From the NCBI RefSeq assembly GCF_026210795.1, contig NC_089431.1:3224001-3288000 (forward strand): a stretch of 64,000 nt of DNA, given 5' to 3'. Made by a program: the position numbers and the translations under genes. The notes under the pieces were generated by a model. The model ran no database searches. It was not told the DNA's origin and worked only from the letters and a program-made list of their open reading frames with translations. This DNA comes from Rhizophagus irregularis. Lineage: Eukaryota. This document shows positions 39,643 to 51,591 of this stretch, piece by piece; within the stretch, counting starts at the first letter, position 1, and the number at the start of each line of letters is the position of its first letter.

Positions 39643-39869
39643 CTTGGACATAGTGAGACTGATAATCATGTATTTTTCCTAAGAAAATTTCCGAAATTTT
39701 CGGAATCCCGTGCAATCCGAAAGTAAATAATTTTACCCCTGAGAATCACCCTTTTTGGATTTAAACTGTGGCTTGTGTATAGACAAACAGTTTAAGAGCT
39801 GATCCGCCTACGAACGACAGAAATTACTATATAAATTCGGGGCGAAGTTATTATAAAAATGCCAAAATT

Positions 39870-40704
39870 GGAGGTCGTCTAAAGCGGGGGCAAATCACGT
39901 GATTCGGTGTAATTTTAATTAGATTAATTTTTTATAAAGAAAGATTAATAGAAACTTTAAAATCATAATATAAGCGTATTTTTATCTGCTTTGCAAGTTT
40001 ACTTAAGGAAAAAAAGTGGATTATGAATATTGTTTTTGACTTTACATATGAATGAACGAAACTTTGCCGATCATATCCAAAAATGGAGGTCGTCTAAAGC
40101 AGGGGCAAATCACGTGACTTCGAAAAAAATTGTTTTCATAAAATAAAACTTTTTACCATATATTCAACCATTCTAAACACACATCCTAAATGCATTTTTG
40201 CCTGCTCTGCAAGTTTACTTAGAGCGCAGAGTAGGGTTTTGAATGCTGCTTTTGATTTATTTGACTTTTTCAATTTCGTTATCCATTTTTGGATATGATC
40301 GGCAAAGTTTCGTTCATTCATATGTAAAGTCAAAAACAATATTCATAATCCACTTTTTTTCCTTAAGTAAACTTGCAAAGCAGATAAAAATACGCTTATA
40401 TTATGATTTTAAAGTTTCTATTAATCTTTCTTTATAAAAAATTAATCTAATTAAAATTACACCGAATCACGTGATTTGCCCCCGCTTTAGACGACCTCCA
40501 AAAATGGATAACGAAATTGAAAAAGTCAAATAAATCAAAAGCAGCATTCAAAACCCTACTCTGTGCTCTAAGTAAACTTGCAGAGCAGGCAAAAATGCAT
40601 TTAGGATGTGTGTTTAGAATGGTTGAATATATGGTAAAAAGTTTTATTTTATGAAAACAATTTTTTTCAAAGTCACGTGATTTGCCCTGCTTTAGACGAC
40701 CTCC
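39870..40704. mobile_element. ~415-bp MITE (outer copy) with ~33-bp TIRs GGAGGTCGTCTAAAGCRGGGGCAAATCACGTGA
   Basis: TIRs at both ends. AAAATT is duplicated at 39864-39869 and 40705-40710. Interrupted by an inverted copy of itself. Confidence 0.9.
40085..40499. mobile_element. Inner, inverted copy of the same 415-bp MITE
   Basis: Same TIRs. AAAAAT is duplicated at 40079-40084 and 40500-40505. The sequence is the reverse complement of the reconstituted outer copy, with ~3 differences seen. Confidence 0.9.
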
Positions 40705-41952
40705 AAAATTGGCTAAATTTTATGGGCTATAAAAACCACAGATCATCATGCTGTGGCACCCAAAATTCACATGATGATTCCTTAAATGTCAAAGATAATT
40801 TATTTGTTACTTTGAGGCAGCGTCAGATTTGACAGGTATGTATATATATATATGCGAGAATTTCAAGTCATATATTACGTTATTTTAACAAATATGAACA
40901 CTTAAAATTATATTCTCATGTATTTTATACATTTAAAACTACTTGTTTTATATAATTCTAATATTTTCTCTTGCTTTTAGTTCACATGTTACTATGATCT
41001 CTTTCTATTTTCACAGAGTAACCTGTAAATTAATTTCAAATGGTGGAAGTTTTGGTATATATATTCTTATCTAGTTTTTCAATTTGAGTGCATCACACAA
41101 ACTCTTAGCGTTAGTTTGCAAATTATTATTAGCTTTTTGAAAGTGTTGTAACAATAATATAAAAAAAAATAACATACAATTACCAGAACAATAGGTAATA
41201 ATGGCTTTTTAGAAGGATTTATATAGCAGATAGGTTATTTTAAGTTAAATTTTTCATTTTTAGATCTTTTCTATTTGTACGTTAGTTACGCTTGTTTTTA
41301 GCCAAAAAACCATCACTTTGACAATAATATTTGAGTAATTTTCATGTGTGAAGCAATTTTTACTGAATAATGAATATTTAAGACATGGTAGGTGTCAGAT
41401 TTTAGTGTTTATTGTGAGTTTCTATGTGAAAATTTTTTTCTCGATATTTTTCTTGGCATTTTTAAGTTTCATCACATGACTTGGTACCACAACATGATTT
41501 GTGATGATTTTGATTGGCAAAATTTGCCTATTTAGTTTATTTTTTGCAATAAAATTTCCCCCAAATTTATATAGTAATTTTCTGTTGATTATAGGCAGAT
41601 CGGATCTTAAATAAAAAAAGCTGTACAACATATGAAGTAAAAAAAAAAAAAAAAAATTTTGGTCATGAGTTATTTACTTTTATTTAGTTTTATATATATT
41701 TATCGCCTTTTTCTTTTTAGTATGATTTAGCTTAAATAATAATTAAAAAAAGTGAATTTTAGAAATCTGTGATTACTAAGATTTTATTGTATTTTTAAAT
41801 AGAAAAGGTGCAAATACAAGCTGAAAATGCAATAAAATTTTAGTAATCAGAAGTTTTAAAGTAAGTTTACTTATAAGTAACTTTTAAAGTATAAATGTTA
41901 TACAAATTTTTAAGGAGTCACTTATAAGTAAACCTGAAACGTATGATCTATA

Positions 41953-42347
41953 CATGTTGCCAAAATATTTCAGCTATTTCGCCCACATGACAAACTCTTC
42001 AAAGCAAAATCATCTGATTTCATAGATCTGGCTGAAATTAGACTTCAAATAGGTTAATCCGGGTCTAAAGAACCTATGAAAGAACTTTTGAGGAATTTTG
42101 ACCAACTTACATAATTTTGGCAGGATTCTGGAATTTCAGACAACCTATATTTAATATATGGCCAAAACTTTAAAGTCCAATTCAAAATTATTACATATTA
42201 TGCTGAAATTTTCTGAAGTCTGCTAAAAGTTGCTGCAGATCTGGCCCAAATTATCTGAGGTTTAAAAAAATTTATTGATATATTTACAAGTAGCTATATT
42301 TTGAAGCCAAAATGTGGCCGAAATTGAAAAAAAGTTTTGGCAACATG
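41953..42347. mobile_element. Non-autonomous TIR element (CATGTTGCCAAAA termini)
   Basis: Left end CATGTTGCCAAAA..CCACAT, right end ATGTGG..TTTTGGCAACATG, TA on both sides. Confidence 0.65.
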
Positions 42348-42444
42348 TATAATATGATCAGCTATTGTCTAAGCTCTCACCACCAATACGAAAAATGTGC
42401 TTGTATGTCTCGAAAGGCTCAGAAGAAGGAATTGAAAGAATCAG

Positions 42445-42970
42445 AAGTGGTTATCATCTTTACAATATCTGAATGCTAATATAAATGACTTAATTATTTC
42501 CAAATCTTTTTTAGATACCGCCAGTGAGTTCAGTAGTATAAATGACCAAGCAATCAAGACGCTTGAATGGAAGGCTGATAAACCATCTAATTTTGCTATA
42601 AAGGGCAATTTCAAGCATATCACTAATTCATTAGAATGGTATACAGACGTGCCAGTTACCTTGAAGAATAAAGAAGATAAAATGGTCACAGTTATTGGAA
42701 ATTTTGTTCGTATTGATAATGGTGAAACAGAACCAATGCTATTTTTTGGTATGTCAAACATTTGAAAGGTTCAAGATGTCTCCAATCCAAATAAAAACCA
42801 GTTCCGCATAAAGTTACATGGAAAGGCATATATTATTCCAACTTTTAGCAAGTCTCCGGTAGTCAAGAATCTGCCAAAAAAGGATCAGGAATCATTATGC
42901 AAAGTGCCTCTTGACTTTCAGGTTTCAGCTAATTCTTCTAATCCAGAGAAAGACTTAAAAAAAGTGCATA
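42445..42970 (+). pseudogene. Retropepsin (gag-pol aspartic protease) relic, probably from an LTR retrotransposon
   Basis: The frame reads KWLSSLQYLNANINDLIISKSFLDTASEFSSIND, with a DTG-like DTAS at 42514-42525, then ..EPMLFFGMSNI*KV with an in-frame TGA at 42763. Confidence 0.7.
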
Positions 42971-44175
42971 AAGCTTAAAGAGCAACTATTAAAAACTGAG
43001 AAATGGCTTGACATGGCATTAAATGCAAGTAAAATTCTTGCAGAAAAATGCTCACAACTTATGGAGAAAAGATCAGATGTATAACAGTTTCTCTAGTAAT
43101 ATTTACTAATTTATTAAAATTAGATTCCTATTTAGATGTATTATCTTTAAAAAAATTGACCACTATGCTTTCAGTTTTTTTTGGAGAAGATTCACATTTT
43201 GGCTTTATACTATCCTTTTTTTCTGATTAACTTTATCTTTTCACCCACTAGATGTTGTATTCAGACTATCAGAATTTATATAGGAATTTGGACCATTCTC
43301 ATCATTTGCATGATACTCTGTATGAATAATCCCATCTTCTTGTATATTAGTAGAGAAGGAAGTATCGTGTGAAGATTCCTGATTATTTTTCTTACAGTCT
43401 ATCAGCAAAATCTGGTCAGATATGCTAACAGATTTTAAGATTTTATGCCATTCTTCAGTAGGTTTAGGAGACCTCTAATTATTAATTATTTTTTGATATA
43501 TTATTAATCATATATGATATTTTTTGCACATAATATGCTGAGCATTTGGAATATTATTTTGAGTATTTCTAATTTCTTCGATAGCTTTAGATGTTATACG
43601 TCTGGCATCTAATCTAAGAAATTTACGAGTATGAGTTGTTTGTTTTTTGCTTATAGTTTACTAGAAATAAATCTGTATGATACTAATAAAAAACTTGTAA
43701 AAAATTTATTCAAAATTTATATGATATTGGACAAACATTAGTCTGGCATTAGTTTATTACATATATGATATATGTAGTTCGCTTTCTTTGCAGTATAGCA
43801 TGCTATAATCATGATTCAAATAAAAATAGGTTTAAAATATATATACTTCAAATATTATATTTGTTTGAAACTAGTTTGTTATTAGTTTTTTATTGATTTG
43901 ACATTAGTTTGATTCTAAATTCCCTTTTCCATATTCGAAAAAAAAAAATCATAAAAAACTTTGCCTTCAAATAAATTCATATGGCAAATATATATACGCT
44001 AAATGAAATAAATAATAGGACACCCTTGGTATCTGGCAATAAACTTGGAAATTCGCCATCTAATTGATATCCATTTAGCCAAACTGAGCTTGAGAACTAA
44101 CTTGCTTGTGTAAAACATGATCTAGATATCGCTTTAAGCTCAGGTATTTAGCTTGGCACTAGAAACATTCTTCTG

Positions 44176-44673
44176 ATGAAAAATAATAAGAGTTTTTCAG
44201 AGCACATATGCCAGCTTGAAGATGAGGTGAGAGAACTTAAAAATCAGATCATCTATAAAGATATTTCTTGCTCAAAAGCTGAGAATGAGATCTCTACAAA
44301 ATTGAAAGAGATACAAGCTTTCCAATTAGAAATAAAAGAGTTGGAAATGAAGTATTTTTTAACTCAGAAAGATTTATCAGAAATGGATTCTCTTAGACGA
44401 GAGTTAGCACTGTCAAGGCAAAATGTTGAACTAAAGAATGTTAACTTACTAGATCTGAAGGAAGATGAATTAAGTGAAAAAAAGGGTGAATCAATGCGAT
44501 TAAGGGATGAATTGACCTTAACGCGAATAGAATTGATGGATAAAAAAGAAGAATTAATGCAAATGAGAGATAATTTGTCCTCAATACAAAAGACATTATT
44601 AGAGAAAGAGATCCTCCTTCAAGAAGCTAATGATCATTTAGCTGAGCATATACATGAAACCGAAATTGGTTAA
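44176..44673 (+). CDS. Coiled-coil protein fragment, probably TE-derived
   Basis: 165-aa E/K/L-rich heptad ORF inside a TE island; the upstream frame is interrupted by stops. Confidence 0.35.
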   Translation: MKNNKSFSEHICQLEDEVRELKNQIIYKDISCSKAENEISTKLKEIQAFQLEIKELEMKYFLTQKDLSEMDSLRRELALSRQNVELKNVNLLDLKEDELSEKKGESMRLRDELTLTRIELMDKKEELMQMRDNLSSIQKTLLEKEILLQEANDHLAEHIHETEIG

Positions 44674-44734
44674 TTTTGACATCTGAAATGGTCAAAATGG
44701 TCAAAATGATTTTGACTTAGGCCCTTCTAAAAGT

Positions 44735-45450
44735 AACCGTTCATAATATTTTATTAAAAAAAAATAAAAAAAAAGATAAAGATTCGTACTTACGAATCTT
44801 TATCTTTGGGTTTTTGTTCTTCAGAAGCCCACCGAACCTAAAAAAATAAAGAAAGGAACAGTTAATAAACCGTTCCAAAATGATATAAAAAAAAAATAAA
44901 AAAATAAATTTATAAAGATTCATACTTACGAATCTTTATCATTGGGTTTTCATTCTTTGGAAGCCCACCGAACCTAAAAAAATAAAGAAAGGAACGATTA
45001 ATAAACCGTTCCAAAGTGATATAAAAAAAAAATAAAAAAAAAATTTTATAAAGATTTGTACTTACGAATCTTTATCTTTGGGTTTTCGTTCTTCAGAAGC
45101 CTACCGAACCTAAAAAATAAAGAAAAGAACAGTTATTAGTAACCGTTCATTAATAAAATTAAAAAAAAACAAAAAAAAATTAAAACCAAGATTTGTATAT
45201 ACTTATGAATCTTAGTTTTTTTCATTTTTCAGAACTCGGAAGTCCCACCCAAAAGCTGAACCTATAAAAAAGAAAGAAAAAAGAACAGTTAGTAACCGTT
45301 CATATTAAAAAATAAAATAAAACTCCAAAGTATTTGTACTTACGAATCTTTGGAGTTTCTGTACGAAGCCTACCCAAAAGCCTAACCTAATAAAAAAAAA
45401 AGTAAAAAAAGAACGGTTAGTAACCGTTCATATAAAAAAATAAAAAAAAA
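44735..45450 (-). repeat. Tandem array of ~5 units (~120-140 bp), each resembling intron + micro-exon on the minus strand
   Basis: Minus-strand unit: polyT-TAG|GTTCGGTGGGCTTCTGAAGAAC.AAAACCCAAAGATAAAGATTC|GTAAGT. Confidence 0.85.
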
Positions 45451-45689
45451 ACTAGAAAAAGTGAAAGGGGAAAGGGAAAAGAAGGAAAAGGGAAGGAAGG
45501 GAAAGGGAAGAAGGGAAACAGGAACAAAGTGAAAGGGGAACGAAGGAAGGGAAAGGGGAGGGGAAATAAAAAAAGTTTAAAAAAGGATGTATAAGATGAT
45601 CCTTTTTTAAACTTTTAATACGCGTAATGCATAACGCATAACGTTTAATTAACAAAATTAATAAATCGACCATAAATCATATATATCGA

Positions 45690-45786
45690 AATTTGGCCGA
45701 TTTTTAATAATTTCCAAAATTTGGCCGAAATGTGTAACAGATCAGCCGATTTGTCACATAACCGAAAGTTTTGATTTCGACCAGTG
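45690..45786 (-). mobile_element. Single CACT-type transposon terminus with CCGA(A/T) subterminal repeats
   Basis: The minus strand starts CACTGGTCGAAATCAAAACTTTCGG and has repeated TTGGCCGA motifs. No partner end found in the window. Confidence 0.5.
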
Positions 45787-47865
45787 TTAAAAACTATCCA
45801 GAAATCCATCCAAAACTCCAAGACTTTATATTATAGTTTCGGCTGAATGTAGAGATTAATTTTTATCATTTTTTAACTTAATTTTGATTTAAAGATGTGG
45901 CCAAAAATTACGTGAAAAGGTTTCGGCTACAAGTATATCTCATATGGTTCAATACCTAGATCTAATTCTCTCCAATGTTTTTGTAATTTTATGTCCTATG
46001 TCTTAATACGCTCTCTTGATTTTCGAGCATTTGGACTGATCCAGTTTTTTGCTTCTTTCTCGGTAATGTAGTCGATACCAAGTATTGGAGTTTTTTTTTT
46101 AGATTTTAGCTCAGAAACTAAAGTTGGGAACTTGGGATTACCACATGTGGTCTCTTCTTGTTGCTCATATTTACACTAGAGCTTTCTACCTGTGCTTGGA
46201 TTTCGAAAACTTGGATAACCTGTTAACTAGCTTTTTGAATAGGCACTTGAATTGGCATTTGAATATAAGCTACTTTCTTTTGCTTTTGTAATGGTTTGCA
46301 TGGATTTTTTTACTTAAGATGCTTATGAAGTTTTTGGGATGTTAAAGAATCCCACTTACTTCTAATAGAGGTTACCGTAAAATTTTTAAGATTTATATGT
46401 AAATTTACCTTACTCCAAATTTTCTTTCTACTAAGTAATTTCGCCAATCTTCCAGTTACCTTTTTAAATTATATGTAATTTTACCTTATAAATTCAGAAA
46501 CATTAATAATTAAGTAATATTGTAAATTGACTTTATTGTATTTTTTAATTATTAGTAATTAGAAATATAACAAATTATCAGGTAATAGATTAATAAATGT
46601 GAATTATATTAATTATAAATTGTTTTTAAAATTTCAATTACCTCTTGCTGTTGAAAAAAGGAAAAAATCTTACTATCATTAATATCAAGTATAAGTATTT
46701 CATAATTAGTGGCATTAAAAGAAAATACCTTACCAAGATAATAAACAATATTTTTAAAGGATAAATACACAAATAAATTACCACCTGTAGATGATTGACA
46801 TGTAAAGTAACTTCCAGATAAATGATGATAAAGAATAACAGAAATAAATGAAAGAGAATCTACTGAATCTACACCAAAACATATATAAGCATGCCGATCA
46901 CTAATTTTTTGATATTTAGCTAGAATTCGGCCAATACAAAGTTTTTTACCTATATACACAATAACTAGTCCATAATCTTTTAATTGACATTCTTCAGATA
47001 CGCTAGCATCTCCGAGATGTTGAATTATTGTAATAAATATAATTAATACCAATTTTAAATAGAAAAAATAATGTATGTATAATTACCTGAAATTATTCTA
47101 GGAATATTAATATTTTCTACATGTTTTCTCATTTTCCAGCGTTTAAGTCTTAGTCAGCTTTCAACATAAGAATCATTTTCTTGAAGGCTATGCACAAGTT
47201 CATTTGCAGTATTTCTTTCAATTCTGTTTCATAAACTTTCATTCAAATTAAAAGCTGTTCTGTTTTGAATTCCACACAAACAATCAACTCTTGAAAATGC
47301 ATTATGAGATTCACGAATTATTAATACTTTTAATACATCCAGTTCATTATTATTATTGCATAAGAGCTCCTTAAGTTCAGCCAAAATTGTTGGTATTGTT
47401 GCACTTTTTTGGTGATTTAAAAGGTAGATAATCTCATTGGAATTGATTTTACCAAGATTATCCATCTGATCACTTGACCTAGATGCACATAATTCTGAAT
47501 CTTCATTTAAGCCATCTAATTCATCATATTCACCAAAGATATTATCATCGTTAATATAAAAACGAAGTTCTTCATGTTGATTAATGAATGACGTCTAAGC
47601 AACTTCTTTTGCTATATCACATAATTGATCATTTTCAGAAATTAATGGATTAAAATTAATTGCAGTATTTACTTCTGCATATTCCTGTTCGGCATCCAAA
47701 TGAGAATTATCAATATATACAAAAGAACATAGACTTGTTTTAGATTTTGATAAAGCAACCAATTATGCAAATTTTTCTGCATTCAAGTAGGTAATTCGAA
47801 TGGCACTATGAATTTCATCTTGTATTTGCCATTGGCGTAAAAATTTAAGCACTTTGGCACTCATG

Positions 47866-48108
47866 TAAGGTTGCTTGTCTAAACCTCTTCAAAATCCTAC
47901 GATTAGTTTCGTCAAAATTTTACTATAGATTTATTATAGTTTCGGCAAAGTTTCGGCAGTTTCAGCATTTATAATAAGTTTCAGCAGTTTCGCCTTTCTC
48001 CAAAGTTTCGCCAGTTTTTTAATATAACTTTAATATAGTTTCAGCAGAATTTCACTTTTCGGCGAAATGCCATCTTGCCTAAACCCTAGGTTTTGGCAAG
48101 CAACTTTA
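47866..48108. mobile_element. hAT-type MITE, 243 bp, 8-bp TSD
   Basis: TIRs TAAGGTTGCTTGTCTAAACC / GGTTTTGGCAAGCAACTTTA. Exact TSD CACTCATG at 47858-47865 and 48109-48116. Confidence 0.9.
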
Positions 48109-50338
48109 CACTCATGTCATTTGAATTAAAATCGAAAATATATCCTGAACAATCAACAATATAATTTAGTTAGTCAAAACAGGTAATATCAAAATTCGAA
48201 ATGATTATTAAAAAATCGAACTAACCTGTTGCTGAAACTTTTTCTTTTTTTATTCCAAAATCTCCAGTTCGAAGAATTTTATCACAATACATAACCCGTC
48301 TGAGAATTTTAAAAAATTTATAAGCAGTAAAATCTGGCACTACTTGATGTGCAAGCCCAAACACATATTCTAAAGTTTCCGTTCTGTGCTCCTATGGTAG
48401 CAGCAGATAATCTTTATAATAATCATGATGTGAAATAATTAACAAGACTAAGGATTCAGCGAGACTTTTAAAAATATGATAACTTTGGATCGAAATGAAA
48501 CTTTTAGCTACGGAATACCATTCATTGGAAGTATTTTTACCAGTCTTTTTGATATGGGACTTCCAAAAGTCAAGGAAGAAGTAAGTACACATAACCATAA
48601 TTATTCTAGTTTTATAACTAATCTTACGATTCAAATAAGCATCAAAAAGTTCTCTTATAAAGAATATAATGTTTTAGCTAAGCTCATTTTAAAATAAAGT
48701 TTTTAATCTTTTTACCTAAAATAAACAGATACACAAATAAGCTGAGTTTGTCTGAATCGATTGCTCTATTATCTTGACACATTCTGAGCAATTGTGAATG
48801 AAATACGCGAAATGCTGCACTATCATCCTGTTTATCAATGTTATAAACATCACAGATATGAAGCAGAATTTTCCTTTTCTGCAAGATTGCAGAATTGATC
48901 GTAATGAACTGTACTGTTTCCAAATGTGAGTAATCATATTCCATAATAAATCTGGTTCCTAGCTATCTTTTTGGCATGCTTCATGTCTTGCATACGTATG
49001 ATTGGTCGATTGTCGAAGATTGGTACTTTAAAATTAATTCTATAAAGGGAAACTTTAAATTTGAGAACTCCATTTACTGAGGGATATTCCATTACTATTT
49101 GCTATGCTTTCATTTCTGTGATCGCACCATCTGCTCCAAAACTTACAAGATTAATATTGCAATGTGCTATCATTTCTATAATCATAAGCAAATGATTACT
49201 TATTTCCTTTGCTGTTGCATTACCTTTAATAGGTAATGCTGTGATCATGACTGATGGAATCTTAGATATTGGTATCTGGAATGTTTTATGAAATTTCAAC
49301 TTTGGAAGCTTATTTTGACATTGAATAATAATAAAAAACAAACCTTAAGCAAAAAAACATAAATTTGAGTAGCAACAGCATTTTGTTCTTTGATTTTTTT
49401 CATTGTTTAATGAATATCATCATATGTTTTACATTTCGTCTGGTTAGCTGATAAAATGGAACCTATTATACTGTCAAACTCTTATGAATAAACTACCTTT
49501 GGTTGTAGTTTTGTACAGTCTGTTATAAGAACTACTGGTCCTTTCCATTGCAGTTCATTAGCAACCTTTGCAAATCGAGCAATATTTTCAAAGGATATTT
49601 CAGAATTCGTTAAAATATCCTGATCTTTACTGCAAAACCGTCTGAAAATCAAAAGATCAACCTATTTATTATACTAATATATTATTAAGGTTTGTAATTA
49701 TAATGATATCTTGCCTAATTGAAGGTAAATTCGCACCAGCAAATGCTTGTCTAAATATTTCATATGTGCGAGATTTTTCAGAGATTAAGCTAAAAAATTG
49801 GAGTAAATGTTCACTATATCAGATTTCAGTTTTACGCTTTCTGGCTATTTCTAGTTCTTTTATTTGTACCATTAAATATGCTAATTCCTCAAAAGTCTTG
49901 TTCGTAGTAAAAGCTCTATTTCTTCTGAGTTCAGCCAGTTGAAGCCAAATTTCAGCTTCGTCAGAATTTGCAGATGCCTGGTACAATTTTCTCAGATTTT
50001 AGTTTTTAAACATTTTAATAAATTCAATATAAAATAACTATTTGGAATATATTTAGCTGTAATACTAGTATGCTGTTTCTGAAACATAATGAAATAAATA
50101 ATTAATGTATTTAATATTTATCTAATATATAAATATATTAACAAACAGTATTGCAAATATTTACCATGTTGATAGCATCTTTAAGTCAGAGGTTAGCTGT
50201 AAGAGCCAAACACTCATCACATATGCCAGATTCATTTGTAGTAAAACTTAAACATTTTACGCTAAATATAGCAAGAAGATCCTTATTGATTTTCCACTGA
50301 TAGTAAGCAAATAAATTTCTTTTAAGAATTAATTTTTA

Positions 50339-51591
50339 GGATTAATTTTATATTCACCAGTGGTTAATTTAAAATTAATTCACCAGGGGTGAATTTACCT
50401 CTGGTGAAATTCATCAGTAATATGATAATTTTAGTTTTATTTATATTAATTTTGTTTGTATTACATTTTACAATTTCATACACGTAAATAAAAATTTTTT
50501 TATGAATTTTTTTAAACTGTAACTTTTTTTCCAAACATACTAGTAAACCCATACAACTCAATTTCATAAATTAGAAATAAAATTTATAGAGAAATTTGTG
50601 TTTTTATAACATTACTAACTGTTTAACTTCTAAAGTTTTATATTTTTTATTTAATAACTTTAGAGTGTAATTTCACTACTTTAGTCAAATGAAATCAATT
50701 TCTTTTATTAATTAAAAGTTGTTCAATAGAGCCAAAACTACTTGTATATTATTTTTTATAAGTGTAGGTATAATACATATAAAGAAACCCATATTTTTCA
50801 TAATGATACTAACTTTTAAAATTGTTTTTTCATTTATTAACTTCAGAGCGTAATTTTACTACTTTAGCCAAATGAAATCAACTTTCTAAATTAATTGAAA
50901 ATTGTTCAGCAAGGTCGAAACTACGTGTATATTAATTTTCATGGGTGTAGGTATAATATATATGGAGAAACCAACATTTTTCATAATGGTACTAACTTTC
51001 GAATTTTTCTTTGTTCAGAAAGGTCAAAACTACTTGTATATTAATTTTCATGGGTGTAGGTAAAATATATATGGAGAAATCTACATTTTTCATAACGGTA
51101 CTAACTTTTGAATTTTTTTTTTCTGTTTATTAACTTCAGCGCGTAATTTCACCACTTTAGTCAAATGAAATTGACTTTCTAACTTAATTGAAAATTGTTC
51201 TGCAAGGTCGAAACTACTTATATATTAATTTTTATGGGTATAGATATAATATATATGGAGAAATCTACGTTTTTCATCATGGTACTAACTTTTGAATTTT
51301 TCTTTTTTCCATTTACTAACTTTAGAGTGTAATTTCACCACTTTAGTCAGATGAAATTTACTTCCTTTATTAATTGAAAGTTGTTTAGCAGTATAAAATC
51401 TACTTAATACTTGTAGGATTTATCTATTTTTTATAATAATACTAAATTATGAATTATTGTATAATATATTGTTATATTTAAACTATATATTTTATATAAA
51501 TATTTTTATTAATAAAATTATAATAAATTATGTAATATAGGTGAACTTTACCTTGGGTGAATTTCACCACTGGTGAGCATTAAAATCATTC
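50339..51591. mobile_element. Non-autonomous MULE-type element with a 9-bp TSD and internal ~190-bp tandem repeats
   Basis: TSD TAATTTTTA at 50330-50338 and 51592-51600. Imperfect TIRs G..TCACCAGTGGT..GGTGAA. 4-5 tandem units at ~50610-51450. Excision rejoins the host transposase frame (..VLNDD*KLILKRNLFAYY). Confidence 0.8.

Noticed and set aside
40136..40437. Short ORFs within the 415-bp MITE
   Set aside because: They have no transposase motifs and are chance frames in a non-autonomous element.
50355..51575. CAC...GTG ends suggesting a Transib/CMC element
   Set aside because: No matching short TSD at those positions. Extending to 50339-51591 gives an exact 9-bp TSD and restores the host frame, which favours a MULE-type element.
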